DNA from: Antedon mediterranea
Taxonomy: Eukaryota > Animalia > Echinodermata
Direction: 5' to 3'
Length of the DNA: 64,000 nt
NCBI RefSeq assembly: GCF_964355755.1
Contig: NC_092679.1
Span: forward strand, 7,780,201-7,844,200
The position numbers and the translations under genes are program-made. Of the stretch, positions 1 through 13,100 are shown one piece after another. Numbering within the stretch: the stretch's first letter is position 1; each line of letters begins with the position of its first letter. The notes beneath the pieces are model-generated. The model had not been told where the DNA came from. It saw only the letters and a program-made list of their open reading frames with translations, and searched no databases.

Positions 1-1106
1 AAAATTAACGCCCTCAATTTTAAATTGCGCAGATAAAAAAGAAAAAAATATGCAGCCACATAACTATATAAATAAGAATAAACAAATGAGATACAGGTGG
101 GTAATTAGCATAAATTAAGAAGTTATTTCAGTTTTAAAATACTGTAGCATACTGATTAGGTGGGAAGATATTACATTATATTACATTATACAAAATATTA
201 CACAAATAATTGACGAAAGACACACCGTAATGAAAAGACTTTCAATTGCAATCCTAAAATGATTGAGGCTGACTTCCTATATTTACGAGTTTCTGGGATT
301 AAACTATCGTTTTAATTAATATTTACATACAAAAAATGTAGCATAACACATGCATTATAAAACAAGACTAGGCTAGAATTTTGGCACTATTATTTGTATT
401 ATGCCATTGCATAGGACTCCCAACTTATCTGCCACATTGTTGCTCCAGAGTTTGATTTGAAATGATTCCCACTAATTTGTCAAATTGCACCTTTTTAACT
501 TACAATTGTCACATAAACAATTCATATTTTAATTATAAGCTTATACAGTATTTGAATATCTGCCATTTATTTCTGTATAATTATTATATTAATTGCATTT
601 TTTAATATCCCCTGACCTATCCTAATTTTAAACATTAAAATTGCCCTTTTTGTCTACTAAAATATACTTGTTCCACCGCTGCACAAGTCGCCACCATTTA
701 AAACGTGTAGGCATACTTCTACATTACCAACAATACAATGCATAGAAAACAATGGTCATATTGATATTGGCATAAAAAATGATTTAAAAAATGGTTTTCT
801 ACTATTTAAAGCTACCTTAATTATTAAAACAAAAACTAAAATCACATTTAAAACATGATTTTCATAGTTTAAACACATTCTTTGTTATTCATGCATTCAA
901 ATTCACATATTTGTACAATATTTTTAATAGCATTTATTTTAAAATCAAATCATTTTGTAATTGAATGATTAATCTTTTATATTCTTTTTAATATGGATGG
1001 AGATTAAAACATGACCAAAAAAAATAGACAAAAATGATTAAAAAAAGTATATTTTCATTCATCCAAATACGTATTAAGTAGTCTTAAAATATTTAAGTAT
1101 TTAACA

Positions 1107-4100
1107 TCAAAAATACATATCATCATCATCATCATCTTGTACATATGCGGAAGCCGAGATAGACCTTGTCGTCATTCGTGGTTTTGAATGTGTCCCTTGC
1201 TTGTACGCCTTTCCCGATACTCGAGGCGACGACGTTCTGCTGGAGTCAATAACTTTGCTAATTTCTAGAGGAGTAATAAAACTATATATATAAATATATT
1301 AATTATAAGTAAAGTAAAAAATATATTTCATTAATACTGATAGGTGGTGTCACAATTTAAAGCTGCAGTCATAGATAGCCATAAAAGAAGCAGCGTATAT
1401 TTTTCCTGCAGATACAAGTTGCATACATAAAGTGCAAGTTTAAGAAGCAAGCTCCCCAAGAAAATAACAAGCAGCTACAAAACTGACAGCAGAACAATCA
1501 ACAACAAATTAAAGACGAAAAACTTAAATACAAATAACAAAATAAAAAGGTGATTAAGTAACTAAGAAAAGATAATAAATGAACTATGTGGATTAAAAGT
1601 TAGCAAAAGAGAAAGTATAAATTAATAAAAAGGCAATTTTAGATCACATTTCTTTCATGACTGACCAGTTAGATGTTTCTCAACTTGACGCAAGTTATGC
1701 AAGATAGACGCTATTTCTTGGTTGCCAGCTTTCAAAAGAGGCGCAGTGGTCGGATGCATATGATCATTAGAAGATGGCATTTTGTTGGCTCTCCTAAAAA
1801 ACAATAAAAAAAGTTATAACAATTTAACCTTTTTATTGAAACATAAGCATTGTTGTTGATGCTCACTATATCATTCATTTATTCAATCTTTTATTTTGGA
1901 ATCTCTGGTCCATAGAAAGTAAAATTACATTAATGAATGAATAAATATAAGAGCAATACTACCAAATATGAATAAGTAGGAACTTAAAAATAACCTACCT
2001 TATTTTGATTTCAATGTCTTCGGACGATGTTTTCAACTTTTGTGATAAATGACTGACGGACGCTAATAATAGATTGTCAAATGGCTGGAAAAACATTAAA
2101 AACATTCATGACATAAGAACATTCATGTCATTATTATAAGAACATTTTAATGTCTTGTTTATGATAATGAGCACGAAATGAGTATCAGTAGCCATAGCAG
2201 ATGTGATGTGACAAAAAAATTAAATAAATACCTCCATTTTCGAAGTCTTTCTACTTTTAGCTACTAAGTCTGGACTTATGATTGCTTGGGTATTCCTTGG
2301 TGTTAATTTGTCATCTATAAAAAATGTAAACAGAATGAACAAAAAAGAATTAGTCTAGTAATGGAGATTCCTTAAATTCACCCAAACCTGTTAAACCACA
2401 TCAATTAAACTAATCATCACAAAACCTAAACAGTGTCATGTTATTGAAAACACCTAATATAATACTGCAACATACATGTCTGAACAACACCCCTGGATGA
2501 CTTGTTTTGACATATTCTTGTCTGGCTGACTGCCCTGGATGGTGTTTACCTGCGTATAGTTGGGACCCAGACAGTGGCTTGTTACTAATAATAGTCTAGT
2601 ATAATAATTGTTAAACACTCTCACTTTGGCTCTCACTCAGGAGAGACTGCAGAGAAAGAACCAGGAGATAGACAATAAATACAAGATCACTTATGATTGT
2701 CTAATGTTATTATTAATACTAATAGTCTGCAGAGTACAATAACATCTAATCATAACAACAGGTCTCCAATTATTACATTTTTTTCTTTATGCTTTTAAAC
2801 CCAGGATTAGTATTATAGTAGATAAACCATTGAAATACGATAACTTACCAAATTCTAATGACACAGGTCTGTAGAGCTTGCCTGGCTTTACTTGTGGTGG
2901 CAGTGGCTTCCTCTCTGTTCTTCTATTGCAAGTTGAAGATACATTTGTGCTGTTCTCTGCAAATATCTCATCTAACATTTTCTTTACAAGTTAAAAAAAA
3001 ACAATACTTGACTTTGTTTATATAACAGCCCAGATTCAATATGTTATTGCATACAAAATATACAGGGAACAATATACAATGTAACAAGGTACATCATGCA
3101 TACAGTTCATTTTCACTTCATAGTACATTGTATCAACTGACTTTCATAAAGCAAAACATGCATACAAAACTACTTACAGAAGATGTTTGGGAATATACAA
3201 TAATATTCACAATAACCGTTAACACACAATTTTACGATACTTTTTAGGTATTTAGGAAAAGCCAGTTTTAATTATCAAGGGTGCCAATCAATTGGGGAGT
3301 GACCTCTTTCCCTCTCCCGATTTAAATATTACTATTTCAATATGTTTTATTATAATGTAATTTCAACTGTATTGTAATTGTTGTTCTGTAATTTTTAATG
3401 CAAGCAATGGAATTTCCAGAAATGCATAAGAATAAAGTTTGAATCTTTGAATCTTAAAAAAAAAATGTATCCCCATAATCTGTGAAACATTGTGGAATTT
3501 TATTATTCTAAAAATTGCATATTTAATTGTAGGTTTGGGAAATCATATTTCAAAATATTTTCTACATGAATAAAAAAATACATGTTAGCATTTCATGCCT
3601 TTATGCTCATGTTACTAGGTACTACTACTACTACAATTTACAAGTGGGTATTTGGGAAATATGCCCTGTCATGCATAGTACACCGCATGATACATCTAAC
3701 AAACACTTACCACATAATAGAAGAGCAGCTAAGAAAGAAGAGATGAAAAACATTCATGAAAAAGAATGGAAAGAAAGAGACACTTTTAGATGACAACAAT
3801 TATAGGAAAATATGATGTTAGTATATGGTACCAATTATGTGAACTTGCAAAGAATATTTATATTTTGTAAATTTAATGTAAACCAATGATATCATATTTT
3901 GCTGTCAAAGCATAGAACATTTTTTATATGTATGCATTACACACACATGATTACTAGTAGTAGCAATGCAAGATGTAATTAAGTACATTCATGCTTACAT
4001 GGAAAGTATTTATTAATAATTTGATTGTCTAGGATGATTTTTTGTTAGTTTAATATGAAAAAAGGTTTACTGTAGTGAATTATATGTGGGATGATTTGTC

Positions 4101-7100
4101 AATAGGTATAACAAACTGTATACATGATATTAATTGATGAAGCACCATGAGCAATGCATGGTTCTATAAAAATGATTGATTGAACATATACATTTACTAT
4201 AATATTCACCTCATCATACAATCATTATTGTTCTGATCATAAGGAACTTTGATGTGTGAAAAATAAACTAACCTCATCCTTGGCAACTTCCTCAGTTTCC
4301 TCAGCCTCTCCATCTCCTTCTCCTCGTGATAAATGATCATCATTGGTACCATTATGACTTGCAACATCATCTATTGATGTCTCCATGTATCGTCTTTGCT
4401 CAATCTCTAACTGTGACCTTTGACCAAATGATGATCTCCTTCTAGGATCTTCTTTAAGTACATCAACTTTTTTATTTTTACGCGAGTTGACAGATTTGAT
4501 GTATTCATCAACTTTGTCCGTTTCAGATCCTGTGGATTCATAACGACGCCATCTTGTTCCTGTTGGTTTTGTTTCGTTAACTTTAGACTGGAGGTTTGTT
4601 TTCGCTGTAGTTGGGTTTTGCTTGTGGACTTGATTCCGGGTACGTTCTCGTTCAAGTTGAGTCTTTGCAAGTTGAGATATTTGTCCACCGAGACTAACAT
4701 CGCTTCGTGCACTTTTACTTCCCTGAGACGACCTTATCTGTCCGCAATTTACTCGAGATTGAACTTGTTTCACTTTTGAATTTGTCGTAGAAGATTTAGA
4801 AATCGGAGGTCTCTTGGAGTAAGAAGCAGGACCAAGATCTGAAATACTAGACTTTGGACTAACATCACTAAGTTCACTGGTATCTTGGTCATCAAAGCGT
4901 GACTTACGAAGCATTGTGCTGCGAGTTTGTCTAGGCTGTTGCAATGGCGGAGCATTCTTTCGTTGAAGTTTAGGTGTTTGTGCTTTCTTCTTAGCTTCCT
5001 TTTGAGAAACAGAAGAGGTAGATTTCCTTCTGCTTCCAGGGAGAGAAGCAGTACGGGTAGAATTCCTCCGAAACGCAGACACTTCGCCTGTGTCGCTCAT
5101 GGTTTCTGGATCTTTTGTGGTAACTTTATGTTTATATGGAGTTGAAAGTCGACTCCAGATACTGGAAGATTTAAAAGAGGTAGAATCTGTTACTGAATTG
5201 GCAGGACCAGATGGCCTTCTTTTCCTTGCATCTTTCTTTTGTTCTTCCATGATGTCTTTATTAGAGAAATCTGATCTGCTCCTTTGATGTCTTCCTCTAC
5301 CTAATAATATAAGGGAAAAACAAAATAAAAAACCATAATAAGGAGGACAATTCAATTGTAGAACCTCTCTTTTGGGTGAAACATACAATAAAACACCCCT
5401 ATTAAGGGGTCCCAAATGTGTCCCTTTAACAGTGGTTCTACCGCAATGCAATGGTTAGAAAGATAAAGCCATATTTATACCTTGCTTTACTTTTCTTTCT
5501 ACTTCAACATTACTGACGTTGCTTGTTTCAGATTCATCTGCATCAAAGCAACTCTGTGACAACCTGCTCTGAGATGCGTCTAACCCTTCAGAATTATCTG
5601 GAGAGGTTGAAAATGTCTTCTGCCGTACTCTGGTTTCCAGAGTCTTCATATAATCCTCAGTGTCTTTCAAAAGGCATTCTGTATCAAGACTACTGTTCAC
5701 TTTCTCCCATACATGACCTGTTGGTTTGCTCTCCACTTGAGGTCTTCGTTCCGGCTCCACCGACATTTCAGGATTTTCTACATCGTTAAGAACACTGCCC
5801 CGTGACTTCCTACCTCTTTTTGTATATGTACCATACTTATCAATGTCGCCTATAAGATTGCCGTTGTTGCGAGGAGATTGGAACGGACTATTTTCAGAGT
5901 GTTTGAAATTTCCATTTTGATTGTCAACAAGTTCATTGTCATCATCGATTCCAGGCACAACAGGAAGCATTCGTTTGTTTTTACTAAATTTGTATTTACC
6001 GTCGCTGGTAGGGCTGGGTGAGCTATCATCACTAGGAGAGCGTGTGAATGTTGGATATTTAGTGAGTTCGAGATCAGTATCTAAAAAATATAAAACTACT
6101 GAATTAGAAATTCTTAAAAACTCTCATTAAACTGTTCTTTACAATTTTAGGGTTTTATTTTTTAAACATTTTCATGAAATAGTCCAGAACAATTAATCAA
6201 TTTACAACAACCTAAAATTATGAAAAAGATCAATTGTTATTTATTTTCAACTTTAAATTTGCAGAAAAGTTAAAAATAACCATTAAGTGAAATGAAGGTT
6301 AAAATGCGTTAAATGTTTTGTTAGTCTCACCTTGGATTTGCACAGAAGTTATGCAGAAAGCTGCCAACATTTCTACCTGGCTGCTACTCTCTATTGGATG
6401 CATGAAATGAGGATTAGTTGCTGTGCGAAGCAGAATTAATGAAACCATGCAAAACCATGCATGCAGAGTTATTAATTATTGTGTGATTAAGATGAGATGA
6501 AAGCAATAAAATTATGCCAAAGTATACCGATGCAAATGATGAGTGAGTTTGTTCCTCTTGATTTCAAGAACTCTGAATATATTGTTGCATGTAAACGTTT
6601 CTTCTTTTAAAAAATTTGTGAGGCTTTAAAATTATGTTTTAACAAGTTCTGTTTTTCTTTTAAAAACCATACACAATTTTGTGAATGCCATCAGTGACAT
6701 TTAATCTCAATATAATCTCAACTTCTACCTCTAAACTAAACATACTAAACTAGTTTGTGAATGTTTATTAAATTTTTGTTTAGATAAGATAAGGAGAGTT
6801 AGCTTTATGACAATTATATACTCAAATTTGATTCATTAGTAATATTGGTTATTTGTACTACCTGTAACTCAAAATCAGGCAACATTATATTCTACTGATA
6901 AACTAAATGATTATTGAAGTGCAAAGTGACAACAAATTTTGAAATGTTTACCTCGCGAACTAGTTGTGGTCTTGACAAGGTCTGGTGCGTTGGAGGGTAC
7001 TTGCCGGACATTGGTACTTGCCATTGAGGCCCACTGTGAAACCCAGGTTGGAGTACCTGGCTCAACTGGACTAGGCTTAGTATTCTACATGAACAAAATG

Positions 7101-10100
7101 AAAATAATTATCAATTTCTTCATTTGAGGGTACTTGACGAAACTATGTCTAAACAAAGCCAGACCACTTCACTAACTGCGCAAGTAAAAATACTCCATTA
7201 ACATGCATGCAAATAAAAGTCTTTCTCACTTTAACTATAGAACATTATCAAATTATGGATAATTTGTATGTAATTTGTGGAAACAATCAAAAGTACAAGA
7301 CAGTGTAAGTATTCTTATCTACGAAAATAAATATATAACAATATATAAATGCTTACTACTTGGTTTATATGGTGCAGCCCATCTTCATCCTCCATATCAT
7401 CTACATCTTTATCAGTATCGTCGCCACTTGTGTTCTTTTCCAAGTGATCTTTACCACCTAACAGGTCATCATCAACTCCAAAGACATCACAAATCTGTTC
7501 GCGTGCCTTTTTAAGATCCTCTGGTGGGTTCTCGCTCTCGATAGTGTATGTCCCGGTATCACTCAAATGATCATCTTCAATATGCAGAGCGACATCGTCG
7601 TCCGACCCAAGATCTTCAGAGCTTTTAGATATTCGTGGGCGTCTTGTGTGGCTGCTGGGGACGTTTAGAAGAGACGGTAAAGCTGACTTTTCTGTCAAGT
7701 CTTTCTTGCTGTTAGTTCTGAATGCAGCGTTCACTTTCTCGGTAGTTGGACTTACTACTTCACTGCACTTCTTTCTTGTTAAATCTATTATTAAAAAAAA
7801 GGAATAAAAATTATTGACTTTCAGCTTAAAATAGAATGTATTCTTTTAAATGGTCAGGGTTCTCGCCAGGGTGGTCGGCTCCGTCCACCACTCGGAATTT
7901 CTGACCACCACTTTCATGACGCCGACCACCACTATAATTATTAATATGATTACGATTAAAAAATAAGTAATTTACAACTTGATCTTCCGTCAGTCAACAT
8001 TTTTTGCTGACCACCACACAAGACATGCTGGTGAGAACCCTGAATGGTAATTCCAAAAATAGTGAGATTTAAGTATTTCTTACCTAAATGAAGATCAACT
8101 GGTTTTGATGCTCTTCGTTTTGTTGCTGGAGAAACTGCCTCCGTCTAAAGCAGAAAATATTGGGTAAAAAAAGTTGCTGTTAGTAATGTTTTATATTAAT
8201 GAGTGTGTGGTATCTCTTTGAAAGTAGTGAAAAAATTAACCTGTTTTCGTTCAGCTTTTAACTCTTCAACTATCTTCACACTCTCGTTGATCTTAGTCTT
8301 GACAGCAGATGGCATATATGTACTAAGACTGTCATTCAATGAGATCTTCGGTGTCGTTTCTTTGGTGTTGCCAAAATCGATGGTAAAACCAACACTATGG
8401 TTTATAGGTGGTGTTATTTTGGCATCATCTTGTGTGGCATTTTCTGGAGACACTGGATTGCATGCTGTAGAATGTTTGGTCATTGTGTTAGAGCTGGCTA
8501 ATGGACTGGTTGGTGATCTGAACAAAGGCGGAGACTTGGCAGATGTTGGTGATTTTATTTCTTTATCTGAAATTTTTTTTAAGTGAATAATCATATATGA
8601 CTAACTATAAACAGGATTGAAATAACAATGGAATTTACCAAAGTGATAACAATTCTACTTGAGCATGGGACTATATTATGATATATTATTACCGTAGTTC
8701 CCCGGGTATAATCCCACCCCCCTTTTTTGGTGAGAAATTGACGTCGGCCTAGCTAGCTACAGTAGGCCTAGGCCCACCTCTGGCCTATGTTAAATTATAC
8801 ACTGGGACTTTGCCCGGGGATATGCTTGCGTGCGAAGGTAATCATAAAGTCGGGGGTGGGATTATACCCGAGGTGGGATTATACCCAAGGAACTACGGTA
8901 ATATCAAATTATTCAATAATTAATATTTAAAAAATAATGTAGTTTACTAACCTTTATCATCTTTGCCAAACGTTCCAGTGCGAGGTCGGATGGACTCAGC
9001 GTTCTGTTGATCTTTCTCTCCCCACCAATCAGGTAAGCCATACAATGGAGATCCTCTTGCCGCTGTATGTGGAACAAACAAGAACACCATTAAAAGGTCA
9101 TGTCTACTAAATATACTCACAGCTCAAATTAAACAGATCTTTTAGTTATTAGTTACTATAAAGTTATTACTATAAATTGATTACCTCTTATAATAGTTTA
9201 CATTTTTGTTGACACACCAGATCTGATAATCTTGCCATCCAAAGTGTCAACATATTCAATGTATAAATGCCACAGTACATTGAAGGAAACCTTCTAGGAT
9301 ATCATTAATTACAACATCCTTTTATAAAACCACATGTACCATTCTTAAATATTCATTACACTTGAAAACAATTAAGTTACAATTACTAATGATGAATCAA
9401 CTGTTTTGTTTAGTCTGTCCACATTTCATTGTTAAAGAAGGTCGTTAAAATATTAATTGTGCGCTTACGGGAAATAACTTGTATCGTTCGTCCTCCTTGT
9501 GATGCACCATTGGCCATCTCATCTTTCTTCAAACTGTTCAGGATATCTCGATAGTACTTGGTTTTACTCTCCTATAAGAATTTGATTAAAAATAAGAATT
9601 ATTACAGAATTACATTTCTCATAGAATACAAAAACAAGTTTTTTTAAGATTAAGGGTATATAAAAAAATTATCTTAAAAGATGACACCTAAAGGAAAAAT
9701 AAAACACAAAATAAATAAAAAGACTGACTAGCAGGTGGAAGATAATAACATAATTCATAAAGCAAACGCATTCCATTAACATACAGAATTACAAAGGTAT
9801 TTAATATGCAAATATGTTACAAATACAGTAGAGACTAAGTACTGATTGTAGAATGCTTAATATTGTAAAGATATATACAGTGTCCACTGGAGCTACAGTT
9901 AGCCGTGGCTTAACATACATAAACTAACCAAATGCATAAATAAAGCAAAGAATGTTCTCACACAGACCACCTGCCGCAATCATGCATTAAAATACATTCA
10001 AAATAATTATAGAAATTCCAAATTCCTCACAATAAAAAATATTGGTATATGTAACAATTGAGGTGAATGAAGAATACCAAAATGCAATAAGCAAGCCCAA

Positions 10101-13100
10101 TACAACTGATGCGTTTACTTTTGAAAAGTAAATTCCGATTCGCCAAGCTTCATCCAATGCTGCTGATCCAAGGAACGTAACTAAACTTACATGATCTGAG
10201 AGAGACTCAGAATGTATCTTGGAAACTTCTTCGTCCTCAGAATCCTATATGTACTCATAATCATTATTAATGTGCTATAACATTACTACATTATTAATGT
10301 GATAGAAAATTACTTTTCGTGTGCTATTGCTAAAAAAAAAACTCTAAAATTGTTAATTGTCTCATTTTTTATGTACAAATATTGACTTTGCAAATGTGAT
10401 GGAAAAAAACAGTAAAATGTAAAATATATTAATTTTATAAGGGTTAACATGCTACAAAGACATGCTCCATTGTACACCTTGCCATCTGCCACTGTATATT
10501 ACTAAAATGTATTCTCCCACTTCACAAAAACATTCCTCAAATTATAATTAACAGTTGATAAAGCTTACATCTTGTATTGGAGTTTTATCTTCCTCCTCCA
10601 TAACTTTACCATCTGATACCTTATCTTTCTCCTTTTGTGGCAAGCAGAAGAATAAAAAGACAGAAAATAGGATAGTAAGAGAGATAAGTTTCAAACATAG
10701 ATAGAAACAATACAGAGACTTATCAATAAAAAACAATTTAAAACAACATTGAAACAATTATACTGAAATGCCAATGAAATTGTGTTTTTTTGTGAAAATA
10801 AAATTTGGAGCTCTTTGAATAGAATAATACATTCTTTAATAAAAAAATGCATTGAAATAATATGAATTAATAATTATAAGTTTCATTTTATCACTTTGGT
10901 TTCATTTTGCAGGCAAGTCCTTACTTAATATTCTCGATAATAAAACGATGACTCAGAAGTTGGCTACGCTAACTTAGCCACAGTGCTTAGTAAAAAGTAA
11001 CCTCGTACATTTCAACATGATGATTTACAAACTCATTTCAGTATGTTATGACCTGACAATGTGTGCATATTGTTAGCCTGGATGCAGTATGAGCAATTAA
11101 GAGATTATGTGTCTAGATAGGATGTCCACAAATCAGACATTATGAATGGAAGAAAGATGAATTTGAATTATTCTCATGAAATAAACATACAGCTTACAGT
11201 AGAACAGTTTAACCATAGAGATATGGTTTAAACCTCAATTTGGGAGAGAACCCATTAAGTGGAGACTTTTCTGTCAAATAAACAAGGACAAATACAGTAA
11301 CACTAACCAACCCCTATATAAGGGTAGACCCTATTAAGGGGATATTTTGTTGGGTCCCAAAGGTGTCCCCTTAATAGGGGTTCTACTCTAGTTGGTTATG
11401 GAACTGCAAGTACTGTACAAAATTTCATCTGTTAAATCATTTTAAATTTTAGGAGAATTTGTGGGTTTTACTAGAGACAGAGAAAAATACACATGGAATT
11501 GGAATCTTCATTTACATTACATACAGTTTTTTTAGAATACAAAACACAAAATTAATTCAGGGTTAATTGAATCTAGGTGATGTTAAATTATGCATGACAT
11601 TATACCATATGTTTATTGCTATGATGTCTAAATATATAATTCACAAGAAGTTATCAAAATTGCAGTCAGTAGTTTTCATAATACAAAATTAAGTGTGTAC
11701 ATGATGAGTATAACGCCCGTATTCTTAAACCGGACTTTAGTCGTAGTTTGAGTTAAAACTAAAAAAATTACGTCATTTTAATTCATAAACCGAACTTCAA
11801 CTAAATCACCGACTAAATCAGGCCAACCTCGACTAAATCGAGACGGATTTTGATCGATTTTTTTAGTCCTTGAGGGGACAGGCTAAATGGTCGACTAAAT
11901 GGTTTTTAAACGATGTTTATAAAAAACGTAACAGTCATTGAGTTGTTATATTGGCCAGATATTGAAGAATGAAATATCTATATTTATATTAGCTTAATTA
12001 AATATACATTGGTATAAGTTATAACGGTATACAAATTACATTATTTTCTTCGCGCAAGTCCGACTTGAACTACGTCACGCCATAGCGACAATGGGAGATG
12101 CGGCAATTCACCACACGATGGAATGTTTAGGGGGCCTAGCGCTTTCTTGTCCCGCTAGGATGTGCGTGGTTCGTCGCGATCATACTTTGTTGGAGGCCTA
12201 GAAAATATGAAAGTAACCGTACCACCATGGTTCCTAAATATATTTTGAAGATTTTGTTTGTTGTTAATCAAAAGTACTTCACTGTTAAATTAATACTGAT
12301 CTTGTTCTAATAATTAACGATTAAAATTATTTTTCATGTATATAGTCCTGATGCGTAAAAAGTTTTGTAAGAAAATGGAAAGTGATATCAATGCACAAAA
12401 TTTCGTCTGCTCCTCAAATACTCTCTTGTCATTGGCCAATGTTTAGCCTTTGTTACCCAGACGTGTGCAACTCGACTAAAAGCTCGACTTCATTAAGTCG
12501 AACTGCAAACTTCGACTACTTTGTTTTTGAATGGAATTTGAAGTAATAGCTGGAACTACGACTTTTTCAAGTCGAACTTCGAACTACGACTAAAGTCCGG
12601 TTTAAGAATACGGGCGTAAGTCTGCGATGACCAAGTGTTCTGGTTATATATGGATCATGTTCTTCATTTCAGGTAGACTCACAAGGTATAGACAAATAGT
12701 GACTACAATAGACTAATAGTAAGGGAAGAATTAGCATCTGAGATGTCTTATTCAGTCTTCCTGCTTAAACTATAAATCAATTTCTACAAGCTTAAAATGC
12801 CTCATTAATTTAAGTATATTCTTATTTGAATACTTACCATGCTTGCTTGTCTGGTATACAGGTTACTTGGTCTTACACTCTGTAAACAAGAAAGAAATTA
12901 CACCTAAATATGAAATATAAAGTCATGTAAAAATTCATAATGGTAAGGAATTTTCGGATACACTTAATTTAGCCACTAGTAGAAAGAAGATAGAGAGAAT
13001 GTAATACAAATAAATAAATTAATCAAAATGGACTAGTCCACTTGTTTTGATATAAATTAATCAAAATGGACTAGTCCACTTGTTTTGATTATTATGCATC

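Noticed and set aside
2454-2650. Possible extra CEP170 exons between the 2.9-kb and 2.3-kb exons
   Set aside because: Acceptor-like sites exist, but one candidate hits a stop in the required phase and the other has a weak donor. The flanking exons join in frame without them.
5301-5451. N-terminal part of the 404-aa ORF as protein coding
   Set aside because: It lies in a CEP170 intron (donor about 5480, acceptor about 5301) that contains a MITE. Only about 5300-4272 is exon.
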